In this document: positions 24,051 through 36,324 of the stretch, in pieces
Layout: every line of letters begins with the position of its first letter
How positions within the stretch are numbered: position 1 is the first letter of the stretch
NCBI RefSeq assembly: GCF_030028105.1
Contig: NC_092377.1
Location: 126,684,242 to 126,748,241 of the forward strand
Reading direction: 5' to 3'
Source of the DNA: Mobula birostris
Lineage: Eukaryota
DNA: 64,000 nt
The notes under the pieces: generated by a model
What the model was told of the DNA's origin: nothing
The model's input: the letters and a program-made list of their open reading frames with translations, nothing else
The model's database searches: none
Made by a program: the position numbers and the translations under genes

Positions 24051-26999
24051 TCCACGATGAGTGAGTGTCCTCAGTCTCCGGTACCTCCTCCCTCACAGCA
24101 GTAATGAGAAGAGGGTGTGGTGAGCAAAGCGACTTAGACCATAAGACAGAGGAACCAATTTGGCCATTTGGTCCATCATGTCTGCTCCGCCATTTGATGG
24201 TGGTTGATCCATTTCCCTCTCAACTCCATTTACTTGCCTTCTTCCCATAACCTTTCATGCCCTGACTCATCAATAAACTATGAACCTCCGCCTTAAATAC
24301 ACCCCGGTGTCTACAGCCACATGCGGCAATAAATTTCACAGACTCATCATGCCATGGCTAAAGAAATTCCTCCAGACCTCCTTTAAAAATGAGCAGCTAA
24401 GGGTGTGTCCTCTGGTCCCAGACTCCCTCACTGCAGGAACCATCCTCTCCACATCCACTCTATCTGGGCCTTTCAACATTCGATAGAACTCAATGAGATC
24501 CCCCCTCATTCTTCTAAATTCCATCGAGTACATGACCAGAGCCGTCAAATGCTCCTCCTAAGATAAGCCTTTACTTACAGGAATAATTATCATGATCCAT
24601 CTCCAATGTCAGCACATCTCAGATTTTTGAATTCTCTCCCCATTTAGAAAATAGTAATTTCTTTGCCCATTCTGTGAATCAGTGCAGGTCTTCTGCAGTC
24701 ACCCTGCTTCCTCAGTTCTATCTGCACATCATTGATATCTTCATCTTCATATCACTGGCAAACTAGGGCACAAAATCACCAATTCCATCATCCAAATTAT
24801 TGACTAGCCGGAGACTCTGGTTTCTAGACTTAGAACAGTACAGCACAGGAATAGGCACTTTGGCCCAAAATACTTCAAATTGATTGAACCAGTAATGAAA
24901 CCCATAACTGAACGGATCCCTCCTGAATGCACATGGTCCAAATCCCTCCATTCTCTGCACAATCACATCGGTTTCCAAGAACTTCCTGAAGATCTTAATC
25001 ATATTAGAAATCAGAATTGGTTTATTGTGTCATGTGTACCGAGATAGTGAAAAGCTTGTCTTGCAAACTGTTCATACAGATCAGATCACTACACAATAGA
25101 ACAAGGTAAAATAATGACAGGAAGCAGAAATAAGTGTAGCAGCAACAGTGAGAGTGCAGTGCAGGTAAACGATAAAGTGCAGGATCATAATGAGACCCAG
25201 ACAATCTACTGCACTGAGGAACCACACAACAGTCTGAGAAGAGAAGGGCAGAAGCTGTCTTTGAGTCTGGTGGTACGTCTGTCAGATTTCTGTGTCTCTG
25301 ACTTATGGGAGGGGATGGAAAGGGACTGTTTGGGGTGGCTGGAATCTTTAACACAAGCGATTCAGCAGATACTGGAAACCCAGAGCAATTCTCACAGAAT
25401 GCCAAAGGAAGTCAGCAAGTCAGGTGTCATCTGTAAATCATTAAACAGTTGAAGTTTCGGTACTTTCACAGGACTGAAAGGGAAGAGGAAAGAACTAAAT
25501 GGTCGGGGGGGGGAGCGGGAGAGGAGGACTAGACAGAGGTGAGGGATGAAGGCCGGTGTTTGGGAAATGGAAGGGGCTGGGGAAGAGGGAAACTGTTGCG
25601 AATGGAGAATGGATCATGGGAGAAAGGGAAGAAAGGCATGTGGGTGAGGTGAGAGGCAGATCAGGTGAAGAGGTAGAGACCAGAGTGGGGAATAGAGGGA
25701 TCTGTCATTTGTCTGTACAGCTGTCGAGCAGCCAGCATAATCAGTCCATGGATGGGAGGATGGTTTCTGTGATATGTCGAGCTGTGTCTACAGATTACTA
25801 CAGTTTCATGTGATCCTGTACAGAGCATCTGCCGTACCAAATGTGAAAGGTATGTACAGGATGTTTTCAGTGATGTCTTAATAATAGATTGGTAAGGGTC
25901 AACGGAGTAATTCATTTTGCCTCCTGAGGAAGTAAATGCTCCCACCAGCACCACAACTTGGTTCATTGCTAAGTGCAGTCTTTGTAGTCCCATATGCCAG
26001 GTGTTCTTTGTCTTCATACTTCATGGCTTATGGGAAGGTTGGCCCAGGAATAATGTTGTGGGGCGTCTACGCGCAGTGAGATCTCACTATCAGTAGAGGA
26101 CGGGAGGGTCAGCCTTATCCCACTCAACAGAAATCAGGACCCATCCGACCCTAGGCATTCTCTCCTCTCCCACCTCCTGTCAGGCAGAATATACAAACAT
26201 TTGAAATTCATCCGACTAGAATCAAGGACAACGCCTGTCCCACCAGCACCAAACCTCTCGGACCCAAAAAGATGAACTCGTGATCTGTGTCTTGGTACAT
26301 GTGACAATTGAAAGCCAGTTACCAATCCTCTGGAAACAGGCAGCAGACACAAGGTGCTTATTAAATGGCAAGGGGGGGTGGTATCTCTGATGGGGCAAAA
26401 ACAAGGTGCCTTTGGGGAGAAGATGCAGATGAGGTCACCAAGTGAATGGGAGCAGGTAGAAAGTGAGAACAGAGCCCCAGATTTACAAAACCCAGAAAGC
26501 CATAACGTAATTAAATTCAAAAGTCTGATGTCAAGCTAATCATTGTTGTCTCCCAGATTGTCACAGCAGCCACACCTCAGGTATAAATGTCACCAAAATA
26601 GCTTTTCCCAGCTGCAATACAGTATAGTAAGTTTGCATTCAACAAGTTAACTACAGTTGTTGGTTACTGTAAATAAGGAATCAGCCAATCATGTATCAGC
26701 AACTGAATGCATAAAGTTCAGAAGACTCAAGAGTTTGAGATGTTGTTTAGACCAGACATCAGAATGGGGAAGAGCAAAGTGGCAGCTGTGTGTAGTTTGC
26801 ATGCTCGCATTGAAACAAAATAAACACAACAGCTATTATATACAATTTCTTGTTAATTTTAAACCCACAAGTTCTTCAGAGCAACACTGACAAAAATGCT
26901 GGGCAAATCAACAAGACAGGCAACATCAATGGAGGGGAATAAACAGTCAACATTGAAGGTTTCACCCGGGATCCTTCATCAGGATATTAATTTTAGTTT

Positions 27000-28350
27000 G
27001 TAAACTTTGGAAACCCGACCTTCCAAACAGCAGGGAGTCTGCAGAAGGACTTGGACAGATTGGGAGAATGGGCAAAGAAGTGACAGATGGAATTTAGTGC
27101 ATGGAGATGCATTTCCATGGACTTTGGAAGAAGGATAAAGATGTAGACTATTTACTAAACAGGGAGAAAATTTAAAAATCAGGAGCCAAAGGGCTTAGGA
27201 GATCATGCAGGATTCTCTGAAGATTGCTTCTGTGTGTTGGAAGGCAAATGCAATGTTAGCATTCATTTTTGGGAGGACTAGAATATAACAGCAAGGCTGT
27301 AATGCTGAGAATTTATGAGGCATTGGTCAGACTGGGGTATTGTGAGCAGTTTTGGGCCTCTTATCAAAGAAAAGATTTGCTGCCATTGGAAAGGTTCAGA
27401 AGAGGGTCACGATAATGAATTTGCAAACTAATGGGTTAAAGAATGAGGGGCATTGAATGGTTACGTTCCTGGACTTGCTGGAGTTTAGAGGAACGGAGGA
27501 GGGAGGGGAGGAATATTGAAAGGCCTACACAAGAGGGCACAGCCTCAGAAGAGAAGGGCATCCATTTGAAACAGAACTGAGAAGGGATTTCTGTAGCCAG
27601 AGTCTGTGGAATTCATTGCCATGGGTGGCTGTGGATGCCAAGTCATTGCATATGCCTAAAGCAGAGGCTGATGCCTTCTTGGTTCAGGCATCAAAGGTTA
27701 CAAGAGAAGGTGGGAGAATCGGTTCAGAGGGATAACAAATCAGCCACGATGAAACAGTGGAGCAGACACGATGGGCCAAGAGGCCTAACACACTCCTATG
27801 CCTTACAGGATCTAGGAGGAGACAGTGAACTGGATTTAGAACAGCTCAGTGGTAGGAAGCAGTGTGTGATGGTCGAGGGTTGCTTGTGGAATTGGGGGCC
27901 TGTGTCCAGTGGAATTCCATTGGGTTAGTGCTGGGTCCTTTGCTGTCTCTAAGTCATATAAATGATTTGGATGTGAAATAGGACACAAGTGATGGGAACT
28001 TTGCAGACGATAGTGAAACGGGTACTGTTTTGGGAGATCAGACAAGGGTTGAACTTGTACAATGAATGGTAGGGTCCCTGGGGAGTGCAATGGAATAGAG
28101 GGACCTCCAAGTACGAGTAGAGTTCACTGAAAGCGGAGTCACACGTAGACAGGGTGGGGAAGGAAGAGCTTGGCTCGCTGCTCTCCATTAGCCAGGGCGC
28201 TGAGTACAGGAGTTGGGGTTGTAATGCTGTTTACATATGACGTTGGTGAGGCCGCGGTTACAGTCCTGTTTTGGTTTTGTTTTGCAGTTTTGGTTCCTCT
28301 TTTCGGACAAATGACTCTTCCCCAATGGAGGGGGTGAAGAAAAGACCCCA
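27000..28350 (+). mobile_element. Patchwork of CR1 RT/3' fragments
   Basis: gcaaatgcaatgttagcattcatt, cagttttgggcc and gtgtccagtggaattcc...ctgggtcc are typical CR1 segments. Confidence 0.7.
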
Positions 28351-28500
28351 TAGGGGCGGTGAGAAGGAGACGCGCGAACTGTCAACAACGCCTTGTTCTG
28401 CATTATTCTTTAGAGATCTTAAGCCTTTGCATTTCACCTTTATAAAGAAACCTGATTCTGATCCGCAGGCAACAGGCAAAACCCTGCGCCTCATACTGTC

Positions 28501-28829
28501 TCAGCTCCGGGGTAATTCACCCCTGGGTCCCGCCTTCCTGAGGGTGATTCTACCCCTGATTCTGTCCACTCGTAATACCGGCCTGGCCTGACCGAAGCCC
28601 ACCTCCCGCTGCTCGCCACTGATCGTACGGTTCCCGATTTCCTCTGTCGGAATGTTTCCACAAACCCAACTCCTCCGATTCCGGGGCATGTACCTGTAGT
28701 GGGATGATACTGTGCACTCGTCCCGCTTGATCGCAGCTAATGTCCGGGGACGGGTTTGGATCCAGCCGCTTCTTCCCTCGGCCGGGAGACATTTTCCGCA
28801 GTTCCTGTTCCAAGCAGAGGGAGAGGCCG
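28501..28829 (-). other. Orphan CpG-rich exon-like segment with CX2C-X24-C-X17-C pattern
   Basis: Acceptor cccatctcggaattacag|; phase-1 frame AASPSAWNRNCGKC...RDECTVSSHYRYMPRNRRSWVCGNIP...*; optional internal donor CAG|gtacat gives a 136-nt exon (28694-28829). Confidence 0.3.
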
Positions 28830-29109
28830 CTGTAATTCCGAGATGGGACAGCGGGCGGAGCAAGATCAAAACCCCAGCTCCGCAGGCGGACGGGACTCGT
28901 CACAGGAGGACCCTCACTGGGGTCGGGTCTGTGTCGGTGTCTCTGTCTCCGTCTCCGTCTCCCATCTCCATACCTAACCCTAACTGGGGAACGAGCCTGT
29001 CTCTCACACAGAGCAATTGTCCCCCACCCACCCCTCCAGCTACCCTACATCTTGAATCACTGGAAGTGTCCGACCCAGAACGGGCATTCCATACAACCAT
29101 AGAACATTA

Positions 29110-32100
29110 CAGCACATAAACAGGGTTTTTGGTCCTTCTTGGCTACGCCGAACTATTTTTCTGCCTAGTCCCACTGAGCTGCACCTGGACCATATCCCCC
29201 CATACACCTCTCGTCCACGTACCTGTCCAAGTTTTTCTGAAATGTTAAAAGTGATCCCGTATTTACCACTTCATCTGGCAGCTCATTCCATACTCCCACC
29301 ACTCTCTGTGTGAAGAAGCCCCCCCCCAATGTTCCCTTTAAACTTTCCCCCCTTCACCCTTAACCCATTTCCTCTGTTTTTTTCCTCCCCTAGCCTCAGT
29401 GGAAAAAGCCTGCTTGCATTCACTCTATCTATACTCATCATAATTTTATATACCTCTATCAAATTTCCCCTCAAGTTGCTCAAGTCCCGGCAACATCCTT
29501 GTAAACCTCCTCTGCACTCTTTCAACCTAATTAATATCCTTCCTGTAATTTGGTGACCAAAACTGAACACAATACTCGAGGTTTGGCCTTACCAATGCCT
29601 TATACAACCTCGTCATAACATAACATTCCAACTCTTATACTCAATACCTTGATTAATAAAGGCCAATGTACCAAAAGCTCTCTTTAGGACTCTATCTACC
29701 TGTGATGCCACTTTTAGGGAATTTTGTATCTGTATTCCCAGATCCCTCTGTTCTACTGCACTCCTCAGTGCCCTACCATTTACCTTGTACGTTCTACCTT
29801 GGTTTCTCCTTCCAAAGTGCAATACCTCACACTTGTCTGTATTAAACTCCATCTCCCATGTTTCAGACCATTTTCCAGCTGGTCCAAATCCCTCCACAAA
29901 CTTTGAAAACCTTCCTCACTGTCCACTACACCACCAATCTTTCTATCATCAGCGAATTTGCTGATCCAATTTACCAATCATCCACATCATTGAGATAGAT
30001 GACAAATAACAATGGACCCAGCACTGATCCCTGTGGCACACCACAAGTTACAGGCCTCCACTCAGAGAAACAATCCTCCACTACCACTCTCTGGCTTAAT
30101 CCATTGAGCCAATGTCTAATCCAATTTACTACCTCTCCATGTATACCCAGTGACTGAATCTTCCTAACTAACGTCCCATGCGGGACCTTGTCAAAGGCCT
30201 TACTGAAGTCCATGTAGACAACATCCACTGCCTTCCCTTCATTCACTTTCCTAGTAACCTCCTTGAAAAACTCCAATAGATTGGTTAAACATGGCGTACC
30301 ATGCACAAAGCCATGTTAACTCTCCCTAATAAGTCCCTGTCTATCCAACTACTTGTAGATCTTATCTCTTAGTACTCCTTCCAATAATTTACCTACTACC
30401 GACGTCAAACTTACTGGCGTATAATTTCCCAGATTACCTTTAGAGCCTTTTCTAAATAACGGAACAACATGAGCTATCCTCCAATCCTTCGGCACCTCAC
30501 CCGTAGATACCGATATTTTAAATATATCTGCCAGGGCTCCTGCAATTTCAACACTAGTCTCCTTCAAGGTCCGAAGGAATACTCTGTCAGGTCCTGGGGA
30601 TTTATCTACTCTGATTTGCCTCAAGATAGCAAACACCTCCTCCTCCTCAATCTGTATAGGTTCCATGACCTCACTACTTGTTTGCCTTATTTCCATTGAC
30701 TCCATGCCAGTTTCCTTAGTAAATACAGACACAAAAAACCCATTTAAGATCTCCCCCATTTCTTTTGGTTCCATAGATAGCCGACCACTCTGATCATCAA
30801 GAGGACAAACTTTATCCCTTACTATCCTTTTGCTCTTAATATACCTGTAGAAGCTCTTTGGATTATCCTTCACCTTGACTGCCATAGCATCCTCATGTCT
30901 TCTTTTAGCCCTCCTGATTTCTTTCTTAAGTTTTTTATTGCACTTTCTATACTCCTCAAGCACCTTATTTACTCCCTGTTTCCTATACATGTCATACATC
31001 GCTCTCTCCTTCTTTATCAGAGCTCCAATATCACTTGAGAACCAAGGTTCCTTATTCTTATTCACTTTGCCTTTAATCCTGACAGGAACATACAAACTCT
31101 GCACTCTCAAAATTTCTCCTTTGAAGGCCTCCCACTTACCAATCACATCCTTGGCAGAGAACAACCTGTCCTAATCCACGCTTTTTTGATCCTTTCCCAT
31201 TTCTTCAAACTTGGCCTTTTTCCAGTTTAGAACCCCAACCCGAGGCCCAGATCTATCTTTATCCATGATCAAGTTGAAACTAATGGTGAAATTAATTGAT
31301 CGTTGGAACCAAAGTGTTCCCCTACACACACTTCTGTCACCTGTCCTAAATCATTTCCAAATAGGAGATCTAATATTGTATCCTCTCTAGTTGGTACCTT
31401 TATATATTGATTTAGAAAACTTTCCTGAACAGATTTTACAAACTCTAACTCATCTAGACCTTTAATAGTATGGGAATCCCAATCAATATGTGGAAAATTA
31501 AAATCCCCTACTATCACAACTTGATGTTTCCTGCAGTTGACTGCTATCTCTCTGCAGATTTGCTCCTCCAATTCTCGTTGACTATTGGGTGGTCTATAAT
31601 ACAACCCCATTAATGTGGTCATACCTTTCCTGTTTCTCAGCTCCACCCATATGGCCTCGGTAGACAAACCCTCTAATCTGTTCTGCCTGAGCACTGCTGT
31701 ACCATTTTCCCTGACTAGCAATGCCACCCCCCACCCCTCATTCCTCTGGCTCTCTCACGTCTGAAACATCGGAATCCTGGAACATTAAGCTGCCAGTCCT
31801 GCCCCTCCTGAAGCCAAGTTTCACTAATGGCTATAATGTCGTAATTCCATGTGCCAATCCATGCCCTCAGCTCGTCAGCCTTTCCCACAATACTCCTCGC
31901 ATTGAAATAGACACACCTCAGAAGGTTATTACCGACACACACAACCCTTCTATTTGTGACTTTGCATGAATTTTTAACGTCATTTATATTCACCCCCGCT
32001 CCACTATCTGCTCTGGCACTCTGGTTCCCATTCCCCTGCAAATCTAGTTTAAACCTACCCCAAAAGCAGTAACAAACCTCCCTGCAAGGATATTGGTCCC

Positions 32101-32450
32101 CTTATAGTTCAGGTGTAACCCGTCTCTCTTGTACAGGTCCCACCTACCCCAGAAGAGGTCCCAATGATCCTGAAATCTGAAACCCTGCCACCTACACCAG
32201 TTCCTCAGCCACGTATTCATCTGCCAGAGCATCCTATTCTTACCCTCACTGGCAGGTGGCATAGGTAGCAATCCTGAGATTACCACCCACGAGGTCCTGC
32301 TTTTCAACTTCCTACCAAGCTCTATACTCACTCTTCAGGACCTCCTCACTCTTTCTTCTTATGTCATTGGTACCGATGTGTACCATGACATCTGGCTGAT
32401 CACCCTCCCGCTTCAGCATGTTGTGCACGCGATCGAAGACATCCCAGCTG
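29110..32450 (-). mobile_element. CR1 LINE, large decayed copy (ORF1 esterase, APE endonuclease, RT)
   Basis: ORF1 WGRWDLYKRDGLHLN; APE YFNARSIVGKADEL, IVGDFNFPHIDW; RT YMDFSKAFDKVPH, GVPQGSVLGPLLF, SKFADD. Confidence 0.93.
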
Positions 32451-32499
32451 CCTCCACACCCACTGCCGTTCCCACTCACATTCTTTAATAATTGAGCAC

Positions 32500-33560
32500 A
32501 TTCTTTAAGAATGCATTTTGCACATTCTCTAAGAATTGAGTTTGCTGCAGTCAGGTCAACTCCTGTTTCAGCTTTACTGGTTGAAATGGGACAATTACCC
32601 TTGCAGTTGTGGAGGATGAAGTTGTTGTTGACATACTGGGCTAACTTAAGGGGGCAGAGGAATGATCACCCTGTTAAAAGTTTGCTGGAAGGCTGTTGGG
32701 AACATCACAAGAAGGGAGTTTTCAGTTTCCGTTGGCTGCGTTTTCATCAGGCTAGGAATATGGGTTTGTTGGACTATGTAATTTGTCCCACTGTATCTTT
32801 TTCGGTAACCCCATCATGGTTTTTCCCCAATGGTTTTAGTTGATTATAGATTGAATATTTTAATGAAATCCAAGGTTCCTGAAATGCCCGAGAGTCTGTG
32901 CGTTCATCAGTGTGTTAGAGAGAATTATTGTGATATGGTAATCATTTTTACTGATGGCTCGAAAGATAATATAACGGGAAATAACCGTGTGCTGTGTTTG
33001 TGCCTGAATTACAGGTAACAATGAAGAAATGCCTTACTAACTATATATCAGTGTATACTGCAGAACTGGTTGCCATCGTTCTAGGCTTACAGTGAGTGGA
33101 GGAAATCGTCCTTACAAATTTATAATTATTTAAGATTCTTTTTCTGTTTAGGCTAGTTTTAAAGCAGTTTATTTTAGCAGTAGGTCAGATTTACTGCTGG
33201 AAGCTCTTCAAACTTTATTTCACCTTTAAAATATTAATGTCTCATCTTATGGGTTCCTGCACATAGAGGTGTTGAGGGGGATGAACGAGTTGATTGTTTG
33301 ACCAAAAGAGCTGTTAAAAGTTCATCTGTGGATATAGTCCGTCCATGAAGCAAATCAGAAGCTAAGGGGTTGGTGGGGATAAGATTAGGGGATGATGGCA
33401 GGATTTGTGGGATAATGGGAATAAGGAGAGACACCTTTATAGAATACATGAAACTGTTGGATTGACGGGAGAAGGAGGTAAGACAAGAAGTGAAGGAATT
33501 ATATTGACTCGACTTAGAATTGGGCATACTGTACTATGCTTCATTACTCCTCATATCTTG
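32500..33560 (+). mobile_element. RNase H-bearing non-LTR retrotransposon (I/Nimb-like) 3' fragment
   Basis: AVRSTPVSALLVEMG, IFTDGSKD, SVYTAELVAI, WVPAHRGVEGDE and TRLRIGHT motifs across frames. Confidence 0.75.
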
Positions 33561-35852
33561 TTGCAAAACATCACTCTGGGTTGTCATTATGAAATAATTG
33601 AACACATCTGCACTACAAGCTTTGGGGGTTGACAGTTCTCATTTAAAAACTTTACTAAGTTATGAAAGTGATTTTAGTTCAATTCATAATATGGAAAAGA
33701 AAAAAGTTAAATGTGATTCTTCCTTCCTTTCGCTAAAATAGAGTGGAAGGTTGGTGTTAGCTTGCAGTGTTTTGAGAAAGTGTAAAAGAACCAGACCACT
33801 ATTTGAGAAAGTTAAGGAGGACAAATCTACAGCCATAATGGTGAATAACATGTTTGTCAGGAGAAGGGGAGAACATTAGGCAGGTGCAGGTATCTAATGC
33901 ATGAGAAAGTAGGGTAAGGGATTTTCGAGGCGATATAAAAGGTGTAATTAGAGAGAGAAGGAAAGAGAGAAAAAAGTTTGTTGTCATTCTGTGGATCAGC
34001 TCATACGGTGGATGAAAAGTATTTCAGTAATGCTTCATTACATGTTTTATAGAACTAACAAATTGTTTTTCCTTTTTGCGTCGGACGGTATTCATTGCTG
34101 TTTCCTCAGCGATTGCCTTTTTTACGAGGTCGAGTTGCTAACTCGGAGCTCAACGCAGCACGGATAGAAAGGATGGAAAGAGCCGGTCGATTTCGAACCA
34201 GATACCTTTTGGGGTTGAAGTCCGGTGCTGATGCCACGAAACCACCGGCCGATGTTATACGTGTACAATGCCTCGTTTGTTTACTAATGTCATTTGCTAC
34301 ATCAGAGAAGAACAGAAGAGAGAGGGGGTGGTCAGGGAGGGTCAGAGAGAGGGAGAGGAGAGGAGCGGGGGCATTACGAAGCATGGCAACGAATGCGTAG
34401 GCAGAGACGGGGGAAAGCATATGAGGGAGAGGCTGAAAAGAGTAGGAGGGTGAAGGGAGAGGGGAAAGGGGCAGGAGGATAGAGGGCGAGGGGAAAAGGG
34501 CAGGAGGACAGCGAGGGTGAAAGGGGTAGGAGGACGAAGGAAAAGGGGGAAAGGGGCAGGAGGACAGAGGGCCAGGTAAAGTGAGAGGGGTCAGAGAGGA
34601 GTTCCGGGAAAGAGTGGCAGAGATAGGAAGGTAGAAGGGGAAATTTTGGTTTTTATTTTTTATTTATTTCGAGATACGACACAGAAGCTGTCCAAGGAGT
34701 CGCTCCGCTCTGTAATCCACCTATTTAACTATCGCCGAATGACAGGACAATTTATAATGACCTATTAAATTATATCGTTGGACTGAGGGAGGAACCATGA
34801 CTGCCTGGGGAAACCCACACTCTCATGGGAAGGACGTACAAACGTCTCACAGACAACGTTGGAATTGAACTCTGAATTCTGACGCCTGGAACTAGCAGCT
34901 GCGCTATGGCAATGTTTCGTCTTGTGAGGAGAACAGACGTCGGCATCCTTCTTGGCCACAGGGTGTATGTGTTTCGACCAGGACAAATGGTGATGCTGAC
35001 TTATGGGAACCTGAAGCTCTCAACTATCTCCACCTCAGCAGGGACAGGGACGTGTACTCTGCCTGCTTCCTAGAGTCAATGCCCAGCTGTTCCCCGGCTG
35101 TATCGGTGACTGGCCAGGGAGAACAGATGTTTACTGATGTATCACAGTAGTCATTTAGTAAGCTTGAGAGACCAGGCACAATAAAGGTCCTGGAGCTATA
35201 CGGAGCAGAGAACAGGCCCTTCGGCCCAAATTATCCATGTCGACTGAGTTGTGTTCCTGGATTCGTCCCGTTTCACTGCCTTCGGCCCACTTCCCTCTAA
35301 ACCTTTCCTCATTATGTTCAAAACAACGATGAGGTACACCCCTACCACCTCCCCTACCCCCCGCCAGCCCTCTTCGCTCCAAAGAAAACACTCCCGTTCT
35401 GTCATACGTAACTCAAAACCTCCAGTCCTGGTAACATCCTCATAAATCTTTCCTGCATCACCTCCAGATTAATAACATCCTTCCTATTGCTGTGTCACCA
35501 GAACTCACACAATTCTCCCAGTACGGTCTCAGCAATGTCTTGTACAACTGTAACATGACGTCCCACCTCCTGTACTCAGTTCCCTGACGCATGATGGCTG
35601 GTGTGCCTAACACCCTCTGCACCGCCCAGTTTATCAGTGAATTACAACCTTATACCGCTAGGCGTCTCTGTCTGCAACGCTTAACAGTTCACACTTTAAG
35701 ACTTGGCCTTGTTTAAAACTCCAATTATCCAGCTGACTGGAACGATTTTAATTTCAAAAATAAACCTTATTCATAATAGAATACTGTACATATTATGCAA
35801 ATTTCGTGTCATTTGGTTGATCCAGTAGTTTGAACCATGGCGCCGTTACCAC

Positions 35853-36118
35853 TTACGCTCAGCGGACACTGTATCAGGAACCCCCTGTACCTAATAAAGT
35901 GGCCACTGACCGTGTGCTCGTGACCTGCGTCATCCACTGCAAGGTTCGATGTGTTGGACATTCAGGGGGGCTTTAGCACACACTGTTGTATCGCGTGATT
36001 ATTTGAGTTACTGTCCCCAACCCGTCAGCTTGAACCAGTCTGACCTCTCATTAACAAGGCGGGTTCACCAATAGAACTGCCATTTACTGAATGTGTTGTG
36101 TTTCTCGCACCATTGTCT
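35853..36118. mobile_element. Tc1/mariner-derived MITE fragment; TIR remnant also at ~101-125
   Basis: cctaataaagtggccactga TIR-like core in a partial palindrome, followed by a Tc1-type internal segment. Confidence 0.55.
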
Positions 36119-36324
36119 GTGTGGGGGGCAGAATGGGGAGGATAGGGCTTCGGGTAGAAGGAGTCGGGAGGGGTGAAGGAAGGATTTGTAGCGATTAGGA
36201 ATAGGGGAAGAGGGTAGATGAAAGGGATGCAGTGGCCGTTGTGTTCCGTCCCTTTCTCACTCCTCGCCGTTTATTCCGTGACGTTCCCTCTTCAAGGCTG
36301 CTCCCTCGGTCCGCCTCAAGGCAG

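Noticed and set aside
26540-26630. Two micro-exon-like AG...GT segments (24 and 15 nt)
   Set aside because: Too short to distinguish from chance; no partner exons.
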